A stretch of DNA of 64,000 nucleotides, from positions 190,402,001 to 190,466,000 of the forward strand of contig OZ038378.1 in assembly GCA_964036045.1 (NCBI GenBank), written 5' to 3'. Below the pieces are notes generated by a model. It worked only from the letters and a program-made list of their open reading frames with translations. It searched no databases and was not told the DNA's origin. A program made the position numbers and the translations under genes. The DNA comes from Eutreptiella sp. 'Long Island Sound 2002'. Taxonomy: Eukaryota; Protista; Euglenida. Shown piece by piece: positions 34,921 through 48,175 of this stretch (positions are counted from its first letter, which is position 1; each line of letters starts with the position of its first letter).

Positions 34921-37900
34921 AATCACCTCGAAGAGAGGTTGTTAGATCAAGCGCACACGTAGGCGTCGTATACCCCCCCCTTTTTGGGGTTGTTCGCGTA
35001 GCATACCCCAAGATATGGTTTCAGACATCCTGACCCCTTGCAAAATCATCATTTCGGGACGAAATGACCCCCCAATGAATTTTTCGATTTTAACCCCCTT
35101 ACGGGTACCCCCTTTTGTGGGGGGACAAAACTTCTTTGCGTATTGCGGCCGCTGTGTGTGCATTTGGACCTGGGGCCTGAACATCTTTTTCTTTGTATAT
35201 TGACCCCCTAACCCATGGCGGGGGTCCCATGTCTGAACTCCGGGCACCGCTGGTCGGCCCCCCATATGGGCTCTTGCCGGTGAGGACTTAGTTGTTTTTG
35301 CGCTAGATAGGTTGTTTCCTGGCACCTGAAGAATTTTCAAAATTCAAAAATTTCCGAAATCCTTCTGTTGCTTCTTGGATGGGTTTGGGTGATCATTTGG
35401 TGACAATACAGGTACTTGAGCAACCGTGGGGGCCCACGTAATGGCCGCTAGGCCCATGTAGCTTGCGTCATGGGCCCGCCAAAAGCCCCAAAATTGCTGT
35501 TGTTAAGGCTGCTTGGTGGCATGTGAAAAAATTTTCGAAATTCGACTTTTCCCAAAGCCCTCTATCGCCCTTAGGATGGATTTGGGTACTTATTTGGTGG
35601 GAATACGGGTACTAGAGCGCCCACGGGGACCCACATATTGGCTACTAGACCTGTGTAGCTGCCCCCCCAATTTAGTGGCACCCAATTTGTGCACAAGCTA
35701 CACCCGAACCCACACCAATGATGTACGATAAGGAACAACCAACTTGGGCCCCAGCGGCGCCTTGGAAAATTCTTTTTGCCTCTGTGGACCCCCATTTCTC
35801 CCCCATTTTCCCAATTAGTGGTGAATGGTACCAGGATATTCCCCCCAATTTGTGTGTATTCAAAATGCTCAGAATGAACCAGGGAATTCAAGGGGCTGCT
35901 GCACACGCCTAGTGCCGGAACGCAAAAAAAAAGAATGAAACAGGGAGTTCAATGATGCTGTCAAATGCCAAAAAAATTAACCCCCCACCCCACCCCTCTA
36001 GTTTGCATGAACACCAAAGTTTCAGCCCTGCCCGGAACATACACAGAAACAACCCTTGCCCTTGGCTGGAGGGTAGCACAACAAGTTGGCCACAGGAGTG
36101 CCAGCATCATGCAAGATTGTTGTGCTGACCAGCAGGCCAATGCTCCTCTGTAAAGTAGCGGCTGACAAAACACGACTAAGTGTCAAAGGAACAAGTGACT
36201 GTTTGACTGTTGTACCTAGGAAGGTCCGCCGACGGCGGAATGAAAGTGTGTGGAGAATTGCCGAACATCGCTGCATGTGCATACCAGGATGTGCATGTGT
36301 GGAGCCAAGGGGGGGGGGGTTCTCAGAAATCCGATAGCGTGGGGGGTTTTGGAACCCCCCCCTTTTTTAAAACGGTCCCCGGGGGGTGGTTTTTTTTTTT
36401 TGACGCAAGCACACCCTTTCATCGAAATTTTTTTTCGTGATATGCTTTTTGGCTGCACATCCAAAGTTTTGTCCTTGCCCCCAATACAGCCACTTTTGAT
36501 TTTGTCCTCTTCGCCGGGAACCCCCGAGAACACAAGGGTTACGTAGCACTTCCGCCCACTTGTGGGCCCCCGAAAAGGCATGGGTGAGGTAGCCAGTTTT
36601 GATTTTATCCCCACTTTTGGGGACCCCCGAGAATGCAGGGGTGACGTAGCAATTCCGCCCACTTGTGGGCCCCCGAGAAGGCAGGGGTGACACAACCAAT
36701 TCTGATTTTGTCCCCTTTGTTGGGGACCCCCAAGAGTGCAGGGGTGACACAGCAATTCCGCCCACTTGTGGGCCCCGAGAAGGCATAGGTGAGGCAACCA
36801 TCTGTGATTTTGTCCCCTTTGCTGGGGACCCCCGAAAATGCAGGGGTGGCATAGCAATTCCGCCCACTTGTGGGCCCCTGAGAAGGCAGGGTTGAGGCAG
36901 CCAATTCTGATTTTGCCCCCTTTGTTGTGTTGTACAAAGAAGATGAATTTCTGGGGGCCGCCCCGGACACCAAAGGAACGGAGAATAGCGATCCCACCGA
37001 TGCTTGTTCCTTGGAATTGTGGCTGTGTTGCCATGGTTGTGACCGGAATCAAGCCTATAACCCGTGCCCCAATGGGAACACCGTGCATATTACACAACTT
37101 GTCAATGAGTATTTCAATGGCAATGTTGAACATGCGTCAACCGATCGGCTGCAGCGCACGGCACAAACTTCCCGGTCTGGCCGAACCCCCACGAATGTAA
37201 ACCATGTTGCATTGTCTGACAAATGCAATCACCTCGAAGAGAGGTTGTTAGATCAAGCGCAGGCGCGAGCGTCGTATACTCCCCTTTTTTGGGGTTGTTC
37301 GCGTAGCATACCCCGATGTATGGTTTCTGACGTCTAACCCCCTGTAAAATCATCATTTTAGGACCAAAAATGATCCCCCAATGATTTTTTGGATTTCGAC
37401 CCCCGTACCCCCCCGCACCGGGGTACCCTTTTTTGGGGGGGGGTGGGGGTGGGTGGGGGGGGGGGGGTCAAAACTTCTTTGTGTATTGTGGCTGCTGTGT
37501 GTGTATTTGGACCTGGGTCCTGAAGAACTTTTTTCTTGTATATGGACCCCCTAACCCATGGCGGGGGTCCCCGGTCCCAACTCCAGGTACCCCCAGTCAC
37601 CCCCCGCTATATGGCCCCTCGCCAATGAGGACTTAGCCGTTTTCACGCCGGATAGGCTGTTTAGTGGTACGCAGTAGGTTTTTTGAAATTGGATTTGGAT
37701 GTTTCATGAAACCCTTCCGTTGCTCCTAGGATGGGTTTGGGTGATGATTTAGTGACAATTAGGTACTTGAGCACCCATGGGCAACCACGTAGTGGGTGCC
37801 AAGCCCATGTAGCTCATGCCATGGCCCCCCCAAAAGCCTCAAAATTGCCATTATGTGGGCTGTTTAGTGACACCTGCAAGATTTCCGAAAATCACCTCGC

Positions 37901-38200
37901 AGAGGTTGTTAGATCAAAGCCAGGCAGGCGTATATAGGGGAAAATGCCACATACCCCCCCATTTTGGCCTTTTTGGGCCTATTCGCGTACCCTACCCCAA
38001 GGGGTTGAATTGTTAGTTTAACCCCTTGTAAAATCATTATTTTGTCCAATAAACGCATCCCCCAATGAGTTTTTGGTCCGGACCCCCCTAGACCCCCCCC
38101 ACTTGAAACCCACTTTTTTGAGGTTTTCAAGGAGGGGGGGGGGGGTGGGGGTGGGGGTGGGGGGGGGGTCAAAAAACGACCCCCCCTTTTTTTGGGTCGC
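34921..38200. repeat. Cluster of dispersed repeats: three diverged copies starting AATCACCTCG(A/C)AGAGAGGTTGTTAGATCAA at ~34921, ~37227 and ~37890, plus a GGATGGGTTTGGGTG.. segment at ~35378, ~37729 and ~39933
   Basis: Direct sequence similarity by eye over 150-430 bp. Confidence 0.8.
36545..36930. repeat. ~102-bp tandem repeat, about 4 copies, built from two related half-units
   Basis: TTCCGCCCACTTGTGGGCCCC recurs at ~36550, ~36653, ~36756 and ~36858. A related piece lies at ~62780-62820. Confidence 0.88.
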
Positions 38201-38537
38201 AAATCATGAATCTTTTGGTTTTTTTCCATTTTGAGCCGAAAAAGTGTTTCCGGGTCCCGACTCCATAGGGTTTGTATGGGGCGGAGTGGGACGAGCGCTG
38301 ATGCAGTTTATGCACTTTCCAGCCATTTTTGCTATGTTGGCGGTTTTGGCGACCTCGGTGACCCCGTGGTACCCACTCCGAGGGATGTGAGTGGGGATGT
38401 TGTGACAGTATATGCCTACTAGGATACGGAAGGACGTTTTTTGCAGTCTCTAGCTTTGCTTAGGGCCGTTCACAACCCGTGCCAAAGACGCGAAATGACT
38501 GTTTCCAACAATAATGGCTTAGTGAATGGGCCGGGAC

Positions 38538-41095
38538 ACAACCTGCTTATGCAGTTTTTCACCCCGGACAGCTCAAAAATCGAAGTTTCCGAAACTTACT
38601 TTTTTGACATCGTGATCACCTAAAATGACCATCCAAGGTATGTAAAGCATGTTTTAGGCCGTATTTACGTGTTTTTCACCCGATTTGGGTATTAGGTCCG
38701 GGGGGGGGGGGCTTCCAAGGGATTGGTACACACCCTGCTTATGCACTTTTTCACTATGGGCAGCTCAAAAATCGAAGTTTTCGAAACTTGTTTTTTTGAT
38801 GTTGTGACCACTTAAAATGACCATCCAAGCTATGCAAAGCATGTTTTAGGCCGTATTTGCGTGTTTTTCACCCTATTTGGGTGTTAGGTCCGGGGGGGGG
38901 GGGTCTCCCAAGGGATGGGTGCACAACCTGCTTATGCAGTTTTTCAACCCGGACAGCTCAAAAATCAAAGTTTTTGAAACTTTTTTTTTTGATATTGTGA
39001 CCACCCAAAATGACATTTCAAGCTATGCAAAGCATATTTTAGGCCGTATTTACGTGTTTTTCACCCTATTTGGGTGTTGGGTCCGGGGGGGGGGGGTGTC
39101 TCCCAAGGGACGGGTGCACAACCTGCTTATGCAGTTTTTCACCCCGGACAGCTCAAAGATGGAAGTTTTTGAAACTTGTTTTTTTGATATTGTGACCACC
39201 TAAAATGACCATCCAAGCTATGGAAAGCATGTTTTAGGCCGTATTTACGTGTTTTTCACCCTTTTTGGGTGTTAGGTCGGGGGGGGGGGGGGTCTCCCAA
39301 GGGACGGGTGCACAACCTGCTTATGCAGTTTTTCACCCCGGACAGCTCAAAAATGGAAGTTTTCGAAACATATTTTTTTGATATTGTGACCACCCAAAAT
39401 GACCATCCAAGGTATGTAAAGCATGTTTTAGGCCGTATTTACGTGTTTTTCGCCCTATTTGGGTATCAGGTCGGGGGGGGGGGGGGGGGGGCTCCCAAGG
39501 GACGGGTGCACAACCTGCTTATGCAGTTTTTCACCCCGGACAGCTCAAAGATGGAAGTTTTTGAAACTTGTTTTTGTGATATTGTGATCACCTAAAATGA
39601 CCATCCAAGGTATGTAAAGCATGTTTTAGGCCGTATTTACGTGTTTTTCACCCGATTTGGGTATTAGGTCCAAGGGGGGGGGGTCGGTACACAACCTGCT
39701 GATGCAGTTTGTCACCCTGGGCACCTCAAAAATGGAAGGTTTCGAAACTTGTTTTTTTGATACCGTGATCACCTAAAATGATCATCCAAGGTATGTAAAG
39801 CATGTTTTAGCCGGTATTTATGTAGTTTCCACCCTATTTTGGGTGTGTGTTGCTCGCGGTAGATTCTCTGCGAGGTGGACTTGCCGAAGGCAATAGAATT
39901 TTGCCACTTTCCGAACCTCTTCAGCCGCCCCTAGGATGGGTTTGGGTGGTCATTTGGTGACAATGCGGGTAATTGAGCACCCATGGGGACTCATGTAGTG
40001 GCCACTGGGCCCATTTAGCGCGAGTCATGGCCCCCCCCAAAGCTTCAAAATTGCTGTTTGTACGTGGTTGAATGGCCTTTGGTGTGTGCACACAACCTGC
40101 TTATGCAGTTTTCCGGCCTTGGCAGCTCAAAAATGGAATTTTCCGAAACACATCCTTTTGATATTTTGACCATCCAAAATGGTCAAATATCATATGTAAA
40201 GCATGTTTTACCCCCTCCTTATGTGTTTTTCACCCTATTTGGGTGTGTGTGTGGGGGGGGGGGGGGTACCAAGGGGTCTGGGGAACACAACCTGCTTATG
40301 CATTTTTCCGGCCTCGGCAGCTCAAAAATGGAATTTTCCGAAACACATCTTTTTGATATTATGACCATCCAAAATGATCAAATATCCTATGTAAAGCATG
40401 TTTTACCCCCCCCTTATGTATTTTTCACCCTATTTGGGTGTGTGTGTGGGGGGGGGGGGTACCAAGGGGTCTGGGGAACACAACCTGCTAATGCATTTTT
40501 CCGGCCTCGGCAGCTCAAAAATGGAATTTTCCGAAACACATCTTTTTGATATTATGACCATCCAAAATGATCAAATATCCTATGTAAAGCATTTTTTACC
40601 TCCTCCTTATGTGTTTTTCACCCTATTTGGGTGTGTGTGTGGGGGGGGGGGTACCAAGGGGTCTGGGGAACACAACCTGCTTATGCATTTTTCCGGCCTT
40701 GGCAGCTCAAAAATGGAATTTTCCGAAACACATCTTTTTGATATTTTGACCATCCAAAATGATCAAATATCCTATTTAAAGCATGTTTTAGCCCCTATTC
40801 ACGTGTTTTTCCCCCTATTTGGGTGTGTGTGTGTGGGGGGGGGGGGGGGGCACCAAGGGGTCTGGGGCACACAACCTGCTTATGCATTTTTCCGGCCTCG
40901 GCAGCTCAAAAATGGAATTTTCCGAAACACATCCTTTTGATATTTTGACCATCCAAAATGATTAAATATCCTATGTAAAGCATGTTTTACCCCCTCCTTA
41001 TGTGTTTTTCCCCCTATTTGGGTGTGTGTGTGGTGGCGGGGGGGGGGGCCAAGGGGTCTAGGGCACACAACCTGCTTATGCATTTTTCCGGCCAT
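38538..41095. repeat. ~190-198-bp satellite in two subfamilies (38538-39840 and 40091-41095)
   Basis: CACAACCTGCTTATGCA...CAGCTCAAAAATGGAA...AAAGCATGTTTTA...CCCTATTTGGGT-polyG recurs about 13 times. Unit length varies mainly through the G run. Confidence 0.95.
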
Positions 41096-41360
41096 GCAAG
41101 CCCATCTCCAACCCATCTCATTACTTCTCTTGCACACCAACGGCAAATACGCAATGCAAGCCGTTCCGTGCACCCTGTCAAATTGCCCAATCCAAGCCCA
41201 TCTCCAACCCATCTCATTACTTCTCTTGCAAACGAACGGTGAATGTGCAAGCCATTCCGTGCACCGTCTCAGATTGCCATATCCAAGCCCTTCTCCTAGC
41301 CATCTCATTATTTCTCTTGCACACAAACGGTCAATGCGCAATGCAAGCTGTTCTGTGTCC
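41093..41360. repeat. ~91-96-bp tandem repeat, 3 diverged copies
   Basis: CAAGCCCATCTCC..CCATCTCATTA(C/T)TTCTCTTGCA at ~41097, ~41193 and ~41284. Confidence 0.85.
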
Positions 41361-41442
41361 CGTGTCCACCAACACTCCGATTCACTTCCACTTTCCCCTT
41401 GATGCATTTCTCACCCCATGATGTATCTCTAACCCGATGACC

Positions 41443-43012
41443 GCCTCGGACACCCATAGTCTTGAGGTTTTCGGTACCCATTGCCGGAAATACCCAAGCC
41501 GATGCAACCCTACCGTACACGCAAGTAGGGGCGGTGCGAATTGTCGGATCACACCTGGGCCGCATACCCAACAGTTCGGAGGTGCCCGACACTATGTGAC
41601 AACCAAAAAAGATTTCATTTGGTGACCATGCATGCCAACCCCTCATACCATAGCGTCCTAGCATGTGTCTCCTCACCGGTTAAACTGCCCTCTCGCACCT
41701 CTCCCCTCTTCGAGGTGCCTTGCCGAAGGCAATAGAATTTTGATGAGGATGCTGTCATGGTTGGGGCTATCTTTCTTGCACTAGTGACCTTCATATGGGG
41801 CTTGCAATGGACGTGTTCCTTGGGCACGTTTAGTTTTTCATGGTGCACCGTTAACGGTGCATGGGTATATGGTACCACCCAGGAGGCACTTGCGACAGGA
41901 CATGCCATCCCCGTGACGGGTCAATTTTTGCCCTTTGTTGCATTGACCAGTGATCTGACCTTGTTGCGGTGGACGGGACAGTTTGGTCCGGAATGTGAGT
42001 TTCGGAATGGGCATATGGTTTTTTTGGATGCCCAAATGAATGCCGATGGTCGTTGGGTCATTCTAGTGGGCACTCCGTCTGCCTTTGTGAAAACTGCACA
42101 GGTGCCAAGTTGTCCTCAGCTGTGTGCAGAGCAGTACGCTGGTGTGGCACACACCAATGTGCGGCCCGCAGAAGCAACAAAATTTTGTTTGCTTTGTGGA
42201 GTGGCCATTGCTTTGGCAAGGATGCGCAATCATGTGGCAGTGCACTTGCAGAAGGGAGAGGTGGTAACGGGCCCAAGGATGCGCGGTGAGGCCGATCCTT
42301 GCGGTTTCTGTGGTCGTAGTATAAGCACGTGTACCACAAATATTGTGCGCAAGAAAATCGGCAGCACGTGCCTGTGTGTAGTCACATTGAAGCACGCAGT
42401 GGCCATGCACAAACAAGAAAACATTCCCCGTGAATGTCCTATTCCTGGGTTAGTGCCACCCCGTGGGTTTTGAACATCAAAACTCACTTGGCACGGTGCC
42501 ATCCCACCGTGGCACCAAACACCGTTGATTTAACGGAATGGGTTGTAGTTAGCCAGAATGATGAGAAAAAAAAGTTGCGAGCCAAAAAAAATACCCATAT
42601 TGGTGAAGCCCAAGATCACTTTGAAGGTGGCACAGGCGGTTGACAATGAGGGTGCATCTTTCCTTGAAGCCTCCCTTGGCCGCTCGGATTGGGAATGGAA
42701 ACTAGAGGAGGATGCAAGCTCTGCAGTCTTCAACAGATGAGGATTCGTCCAGCGGCAACGAGAGTTCTGCATCTTCCCAAGATGGTGATAGCTCCTCTTC
42801 TTCCTCATCTTCCTCCTCTTCTACCTCTTCTTCCGGGGTGGAAGTTGCCTCAGACACCCACAGTTCGAAGGTTTCTGGTACCCATGGCCGGAAATACCCA
42901 AGCCGATGAAACCCTACCATAGACGTTGGTAGGGGCGTTGCGAATTGTCGGATCACACCTAGGTCACATACCCAACTGTTCGGAGGTGTCCGACACTATG
43001 TATTTCATTTGG
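41443..43012 (+). other. Cys/His-rich ORF fragment between ~165-180-bp diverged direct repeats (41443-41622 and 42847-43012)
   Basis: The repeats align by eye (GGTACCCA(T)(T/G)GCCGGAAATACCCAAGCCGATG...GCGAATTGTCGGATCACACCT). Between them: CLLCG..MRNHVAVH..DPCGFCGRS..C..C..C, continuing in another frame as NIKTHLARCHP. Confidence 0.5.
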
Positions 43013-43296
43013 CGTGGGGTTGTGGGGGGGGATTTGGTGGGCTGGGGTGCCCTTCCCGTGGACGATACCCCCGCGCAGCAAAACCCCCCTTAACCCCCCC
43101 CCTTTTTCAATTTGGCTCTGGGGGGTTTTTAAGCAGGATATCCAATTTTTGAGACCCCCCCCCCCTGTGTGGAGCGCTTTGTTGACCCGCGGCCCCCTCT
43201 AGACCCTGTCTGCTTTTGTTCCTATTGAAGTCAAACAAACAAATAATGCAGCTGAGCTCATGGCTGCACTGAGGGCACTGCAAGTGCACCCGACTG

Positions 43297-43709
43297 CAAG
43301 CCTAGGAAGTATCCAATTTTCCGGATACCTCCGGATACCTCCATTTTCCCCATTTTTCCATCCGGATACTTGGATACTAGGTTTTTTATTCACGGCCGTG
43401 TGGGGAAGCAGGTTGCCTTTAGGAAAAATAGGAAAAATGGGACCTGCCCGTGTCCCATTTTTCACCCATTTGCCCCCCATTTCTACACCATTTTCCGCCA
43501 TTTTTCTTTCTTGTTGGAACATTTTCATACATTTTCCATGATGTATTTGTAACAACTTCCCATTTTCCCCCATTTTCCCCCATTTCCCCCCATTTCCCCC
43601 CATTTTCTCCCATTTTCCCCCATTTCCCCTCATTTTCCCCATTTTCCCCATTTTTCCAGTGGCCTGCTGGATACTGGGATACTCCGGATATGGATACTTC
43701 CTAGGCTTG
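43297..43709. mobile_element. MITE, 413 bp, with perfect 19-bp TIRs and a 6-bp TSD
   Basis: CAAGCCTAGGAAGTATCCA (43297-43315) is the exact reverse complement of 43691-43709. CGACTG at 43291-43296 and 43710-43715. GGATAC subterminal motifs at both ends. Confidence 0.92.
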
Positions 43710-46700
43710 CGACTGGGAAAATCGCGACATGTTCCGACTCTGAGTATCCTCTGCTGGGTATGCACGGTGACAGAAGATCTGTGGATGGATGGGATCATGG
43801 CCCATTCAGCAATGTACCAATTCTGGGAGGAAATGCCTTCAGAATTAAAAAGAGAAAGCAGGGAAATTCCATGGATCCATCCCACGTCACGGTAGATGGC
43901 ACCAACCCACGTCACGGCAGACGGCATGAACAAGGCAGACAGATTGGCGGCTGCAGGCCTACAAACGCACCTGCTGTATCCCTTCCAGCACACACTGCAT
44001 AAAGAAGCTAACATTGCCAGCACTGTATGTATTTCTTCCTCTTGCGCAACAGTCTTAATTTCTCACCTCTAGTACCAGAGGAGTGTCGAGGCTAGGAGCG
44101 AAGACAAGTGCAGCCCATGAAGGTTCAGACGGCTTGTGACGTCCTTTGATGAGCATAGACAGCCTTTGGTCTGTCAAGATGCAGTGTGGATGTTTTAGGA
44201 ATATCAACCACTGTATATTGTGGAGTGTTTCGAAATCACAACTTATTGAACTAATGGTGGGAAGTGCCTATGGCAGGGGCATTCAGTCAATCAGAACCGA
44301 CCATTGCTCTCTACCCTCTGGACACCCCTGCCCACGCCGCGGAGGTCCGGAGCTGAATGACCCCTCCCCCCGTGGTGGGTACTGCTTTGGCGTTGGCATG
44401 TTGCGCCTGGTTGGCCATCAAGAATGTGATGCTCCGCAGCCCTTCCCTGCTGCTTTTTTAGACAGTCAGGCTCAGCCTGATCATGAGACCATGAGGACAC
44501 AGCCCAGCAATGTGGGCGGAGCCTGCGCGGCCAGGTGGCTGGGGATTTTCCCTGAACTTCACCAAAGGCGAGTCTCTTTCGAAAAAGCCCGCATGTCCAC
44601 CGCGGCAGGGCTTCCTCTCCTCCTTCATACCGCCAAGCCGTAGCAGCGACCGGTCTGCAGTGCCCCATCATTCCTACAACCGACGCCCCAGCAACCCTTC
44701 AAACCAATGCCCCCTTTATTCACACAACTCCATCACTCTGGCAACCCCCTGCCTCATCATCCCCACAACCCAAGTACCTCTCCAACGTTATGCCCATCAC
44801 CCTTGAAACACCATGGCTGCTCACCGCTATCATTCCCTGCCCAATCACTCCTTACTACAAGTCCATGCTCCTATCACCTCTACCCCATCACTCATGCTCG
44901 ATTACCCTCAAACCCCTGGGCCTACCCGGCTCCCTCCTTGCGCAAACCCAACCAAAGCCAGGGAAAATGATGGTAAGACGCAGATCCCGTGCTTAGAGAA
45001 CGCTGTGCGTACGCACGACCCACAGGCAAGCAGTCCTTGGGGGTTATGGGCCCCATGCACATCAGAACACAAAGAAGTGGCGTGCAGTCTCAAAGCGCAA
45101 GGTTGTCCTGAGCAGAAACAGCTCTTCACAGGCATGGCCCAGCCTCTTTGGTCCCAATGCATCCGGCTCACAAACGTGTCATCCCACATTCCCACGGATG
45201 TGGCCGTACTTAGACAAGGGCGTGCCAGCGCAAGCGGCGGGGGGTTGCATCGTTCCTGAAACCTGTGCACAGGGTGGGCCGCTGTATGGATAGTGTGGCA
45301 CTGGAGGGGTGAGGAAGCAGAGCAGTGGGTTGCCGTTGCCCAAGCAATGGGGCGCGGTGCTGTGGGTGTGACAGGGCATGGGCATGGGCATGGTTGCATG
45401 GTCCTCGCCTGCCCCCCCCACCTCTCCTCCACTAATCAGATCTCCGCTCAGCACCTCTGCAACCTCATGCCCCCCCCCTCCCCCGCACCCAAGCGGCCAC
45501 AGCCGCTAGCGGCAGGCGAGGCACGAGAGAGGAAGGGTGGACTCTCTACCCCCCCCCCCCCCCCCAAACGGAGCGGTCACTCGGGTGGTGTGCCCTCTGG
45601 GCCCCCCCGTTTACGCGGGCAGTAGCACCGCCACCCAGGCCCCGAGCCCGGGCAGGCTCCAGGGCAGGGCAGCGCTCAGCGCGCCCTGGAGCCCCTCCTC
45701 CTGCCGTCCCTCAGCGCCGTGGGCGGATGGTCCAGTCCACGACAACACCACCAGTGCCTAGAGCAGTCAGGAGGTGTGGACCCCCCCAGTCGAGCGCCCA
45801 GGGAGCGCGCCCCCGTGCCTCATGCAGTCGTGGGGCCGCTGGCAGCATGTCAATGACCGGGAGGCGGCGTGTCCAGTCCGAACACTCCCCCGGCGGGCTC
45901 AGCGTCAGGCTCCCATGGCCTCCCTGCCGGGGCCTGGAGCACCAGGCATCACACAACCCCCCACACGCCCCCCCCCCCCCGACGCGCCTCCACCACAAGC
46001 AGCCAGGGCCCGGTGGTGGCGGACCCTGGTTCACACCCGACGACCACACGAACAGCCGGGACGCCACTACAAGCGGCGACACGGACGGACCAAGCCGCAG
46101 CGGGGGAAACCAGAAACACTGGAGCGGCACCGGCGCCAGCGGGCAGGGCCAGGCGCGGCGCAGCCGTGTGACCCGTCATGCCCTGCGAGCGCCACCAGCA
46201 TGCACGCCCCGCCCTCCTGCCCCGCGCGCGCCACACACACAGGCACGGCGGCATCTCCCTCCCGTGTGTGCCACCACGAGGTACGGGGGCGGTCAACAGT
46301 CCGGCAGGCCTTGGGACCGGACAACCGCGATTCGCCTAGCCCAGTCGTGTCGGCACAAAGGCGAGTGCTGACCATGGGCCAGGGCGTCCGGCACAGGCCT
46401 TGACCCAAACCAAACCAAACCCCCCCCCCAACGCCAAGTGCGCTAACCAGCACCACCAGGGCACAGTGAGCCCGAACCAAGATCCCAGGAGTACCGGCCG
46501 AATGGGGCCAGCGTCAAGCAGGTATCCCAGGGACTGACCCTGACCACCATGCACGCCACTGACCCTGTAGAGTCAAAGCCCCGCAAACTTGGGTACGACA
46601 GTGTACATATGGAAGGTAGGGACAAGCGAACACTGGCGGAAGCACCGGGACAGTCGCCTAGCAAAAACCCGGACGCCTGCTGTGAACTTGCTGAAGAACA

Positions 46701-47172
46701 ATGGCTGGAAGTGTCTATGGCGGGGACATCCAGCTCAGCCTACCGACCAATTGAAGCCCAACGCCAAGTGGGCATGCGTGGGGCTGCACGAAGCAGCCGG
46801 GCATGGACGTGCCGGAACGGAGGTCACCTAAACCCCAGCCCTCCAGAGGTTCTGGCCCAGGCGAGGCCCTCAGATGCGACCCCAGTGGGCGCCAAACAGG
46901 ACAGCAGACAGGTTCCCTGCGCGCTGGCCTGATTTTTGATGGCGCCCCAGGCAACCACAGGGGCCCTGGACCCATGTGGGTCTCCCTCTTTAATATTGTA
47001 TTTCCCCCCCTCCCCCGCACACACACTTGCAGGTCACGTGCCCCAGCTCACATAGCATATGACGCCTGCCCAAGAGGTATGGAGTTCGATTCGTGATGAG
47101 ACATTACAAAAAGTAGCTAAGCCGTCCCAGCCGAGTCAAAAGGGACTGGCAATGCTTCGCTGGTGCCTGCAG

Positions 47173-47631
47173 ATCGCCCGGGTGTTCCACCTCCACCTCT
47201 ACCCCCATCCACTCGCATCACCTGTTGATAGGCAATCTCGAGAGCGAGTCTGGAGGCGTTTGCTGGGTGACCTCTACTCGCTGCCCCACAGCAAGCACAA
47301 GGGCGAGAAGTACAAGCGCAACACCAAGCGAGCTGCCCTGCATCATGCGGCCTCAGTGAAGCGTAGCTCGCTGGCGACCAGTCAGTCGTCCGACCTCAGT
47401 CAGTCCATGTCCAGCCACCATCTGTCCCACAGCTACGGAGACCCCATGGGGGCCTCGACGCCATCGCTCTCCCGAAGCGTCAACTCCCGGGGCAGGTCCC
47501 GCCTGAAGCCCAACGGGACCGCCGCCCCGGACATTATGCACCGGCTCGACACGGAGGACAGCCTCGCGGCGCCTGTGGCAGTGCCGGGGGCGGTGAGCCA
47601 GAGCACGTCCCGGCTGAACCAGCAAGTGGAG
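47173..47631 (+). CDS. Internal exon of an unknown multi-exon gene
   Basis: Acceptor CCTGCAG| and donor GAG|GTCTGC; 153 codons, phase 0 at both ends; strongly GC3-biased codons. Confidence 0.65.
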
Positions 47632-47798
47632 GTCTGCTGCCACCGTCCTGCTGACCTCTGTGTCCGCCTGCCCAAAAATCATGCTCCGGGGCAATCTTGC
47701 TCCATCCGCACACCTGTTCCTCGCTAGCCCAGGCAATGTGCAAGGCAAGAAAGCGGGTTTCGCAATCCTCTTCAGGGGGTTCAACCAATTTTCAGCAC

Positions 47799-48175
47799 CA
47801 GACCCGTGGTTAGAAGCGTGCGCACAGACCAGGGTTAAGTGTGCGCAAGCGTGCGCAGTGTTGGGTGGTAAGTGTGCGTAAGTGTGCGCCATCTCCCCGT
47901 CCAAGCCTGCGTAAGCGTGCACATTTTTTTTTTTGACCTGAAAGCCCCTTAAGTGCCTTTTCGGCACACAGTGCTCTTAAACAAAAATTCCACCAGCACC
48001 AATTTTTTTTCTGCAGAGAACCTGTGCATGACTATACAAGAGGTCCACCTCTGTGTCCCCGAGCCCAAGCGTACACAAGCGTGCGGAGTGTTGGGGTGTA
48101 AGCGTGCGTAAGCGTGCATAGCCATGGAACGTAAGCGTGCACAAGCATACACGCACGCTTCTAACCACGGGTCTG
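47799..48175. mobile_element. hAT-type MITE, 377 bp, intronic
   Basis: Perfect 24-bp TIR CAGACCCGTGGTTAGAAGCGTGCG (47799-47822 and 48152-48175). 8-bp TSD TTCAGCAC at 47791-47798 and 48176-48183. (A)AGCGTGC subterminal repeats. Confidence 0.93.

Noticed and set aside
38877-40940. Repeated 108-180-aa ORFs (HNLLMQFF...) as a gene family
   Set aside because: They are translations of satellite units whose frames are broken by variable G runs.
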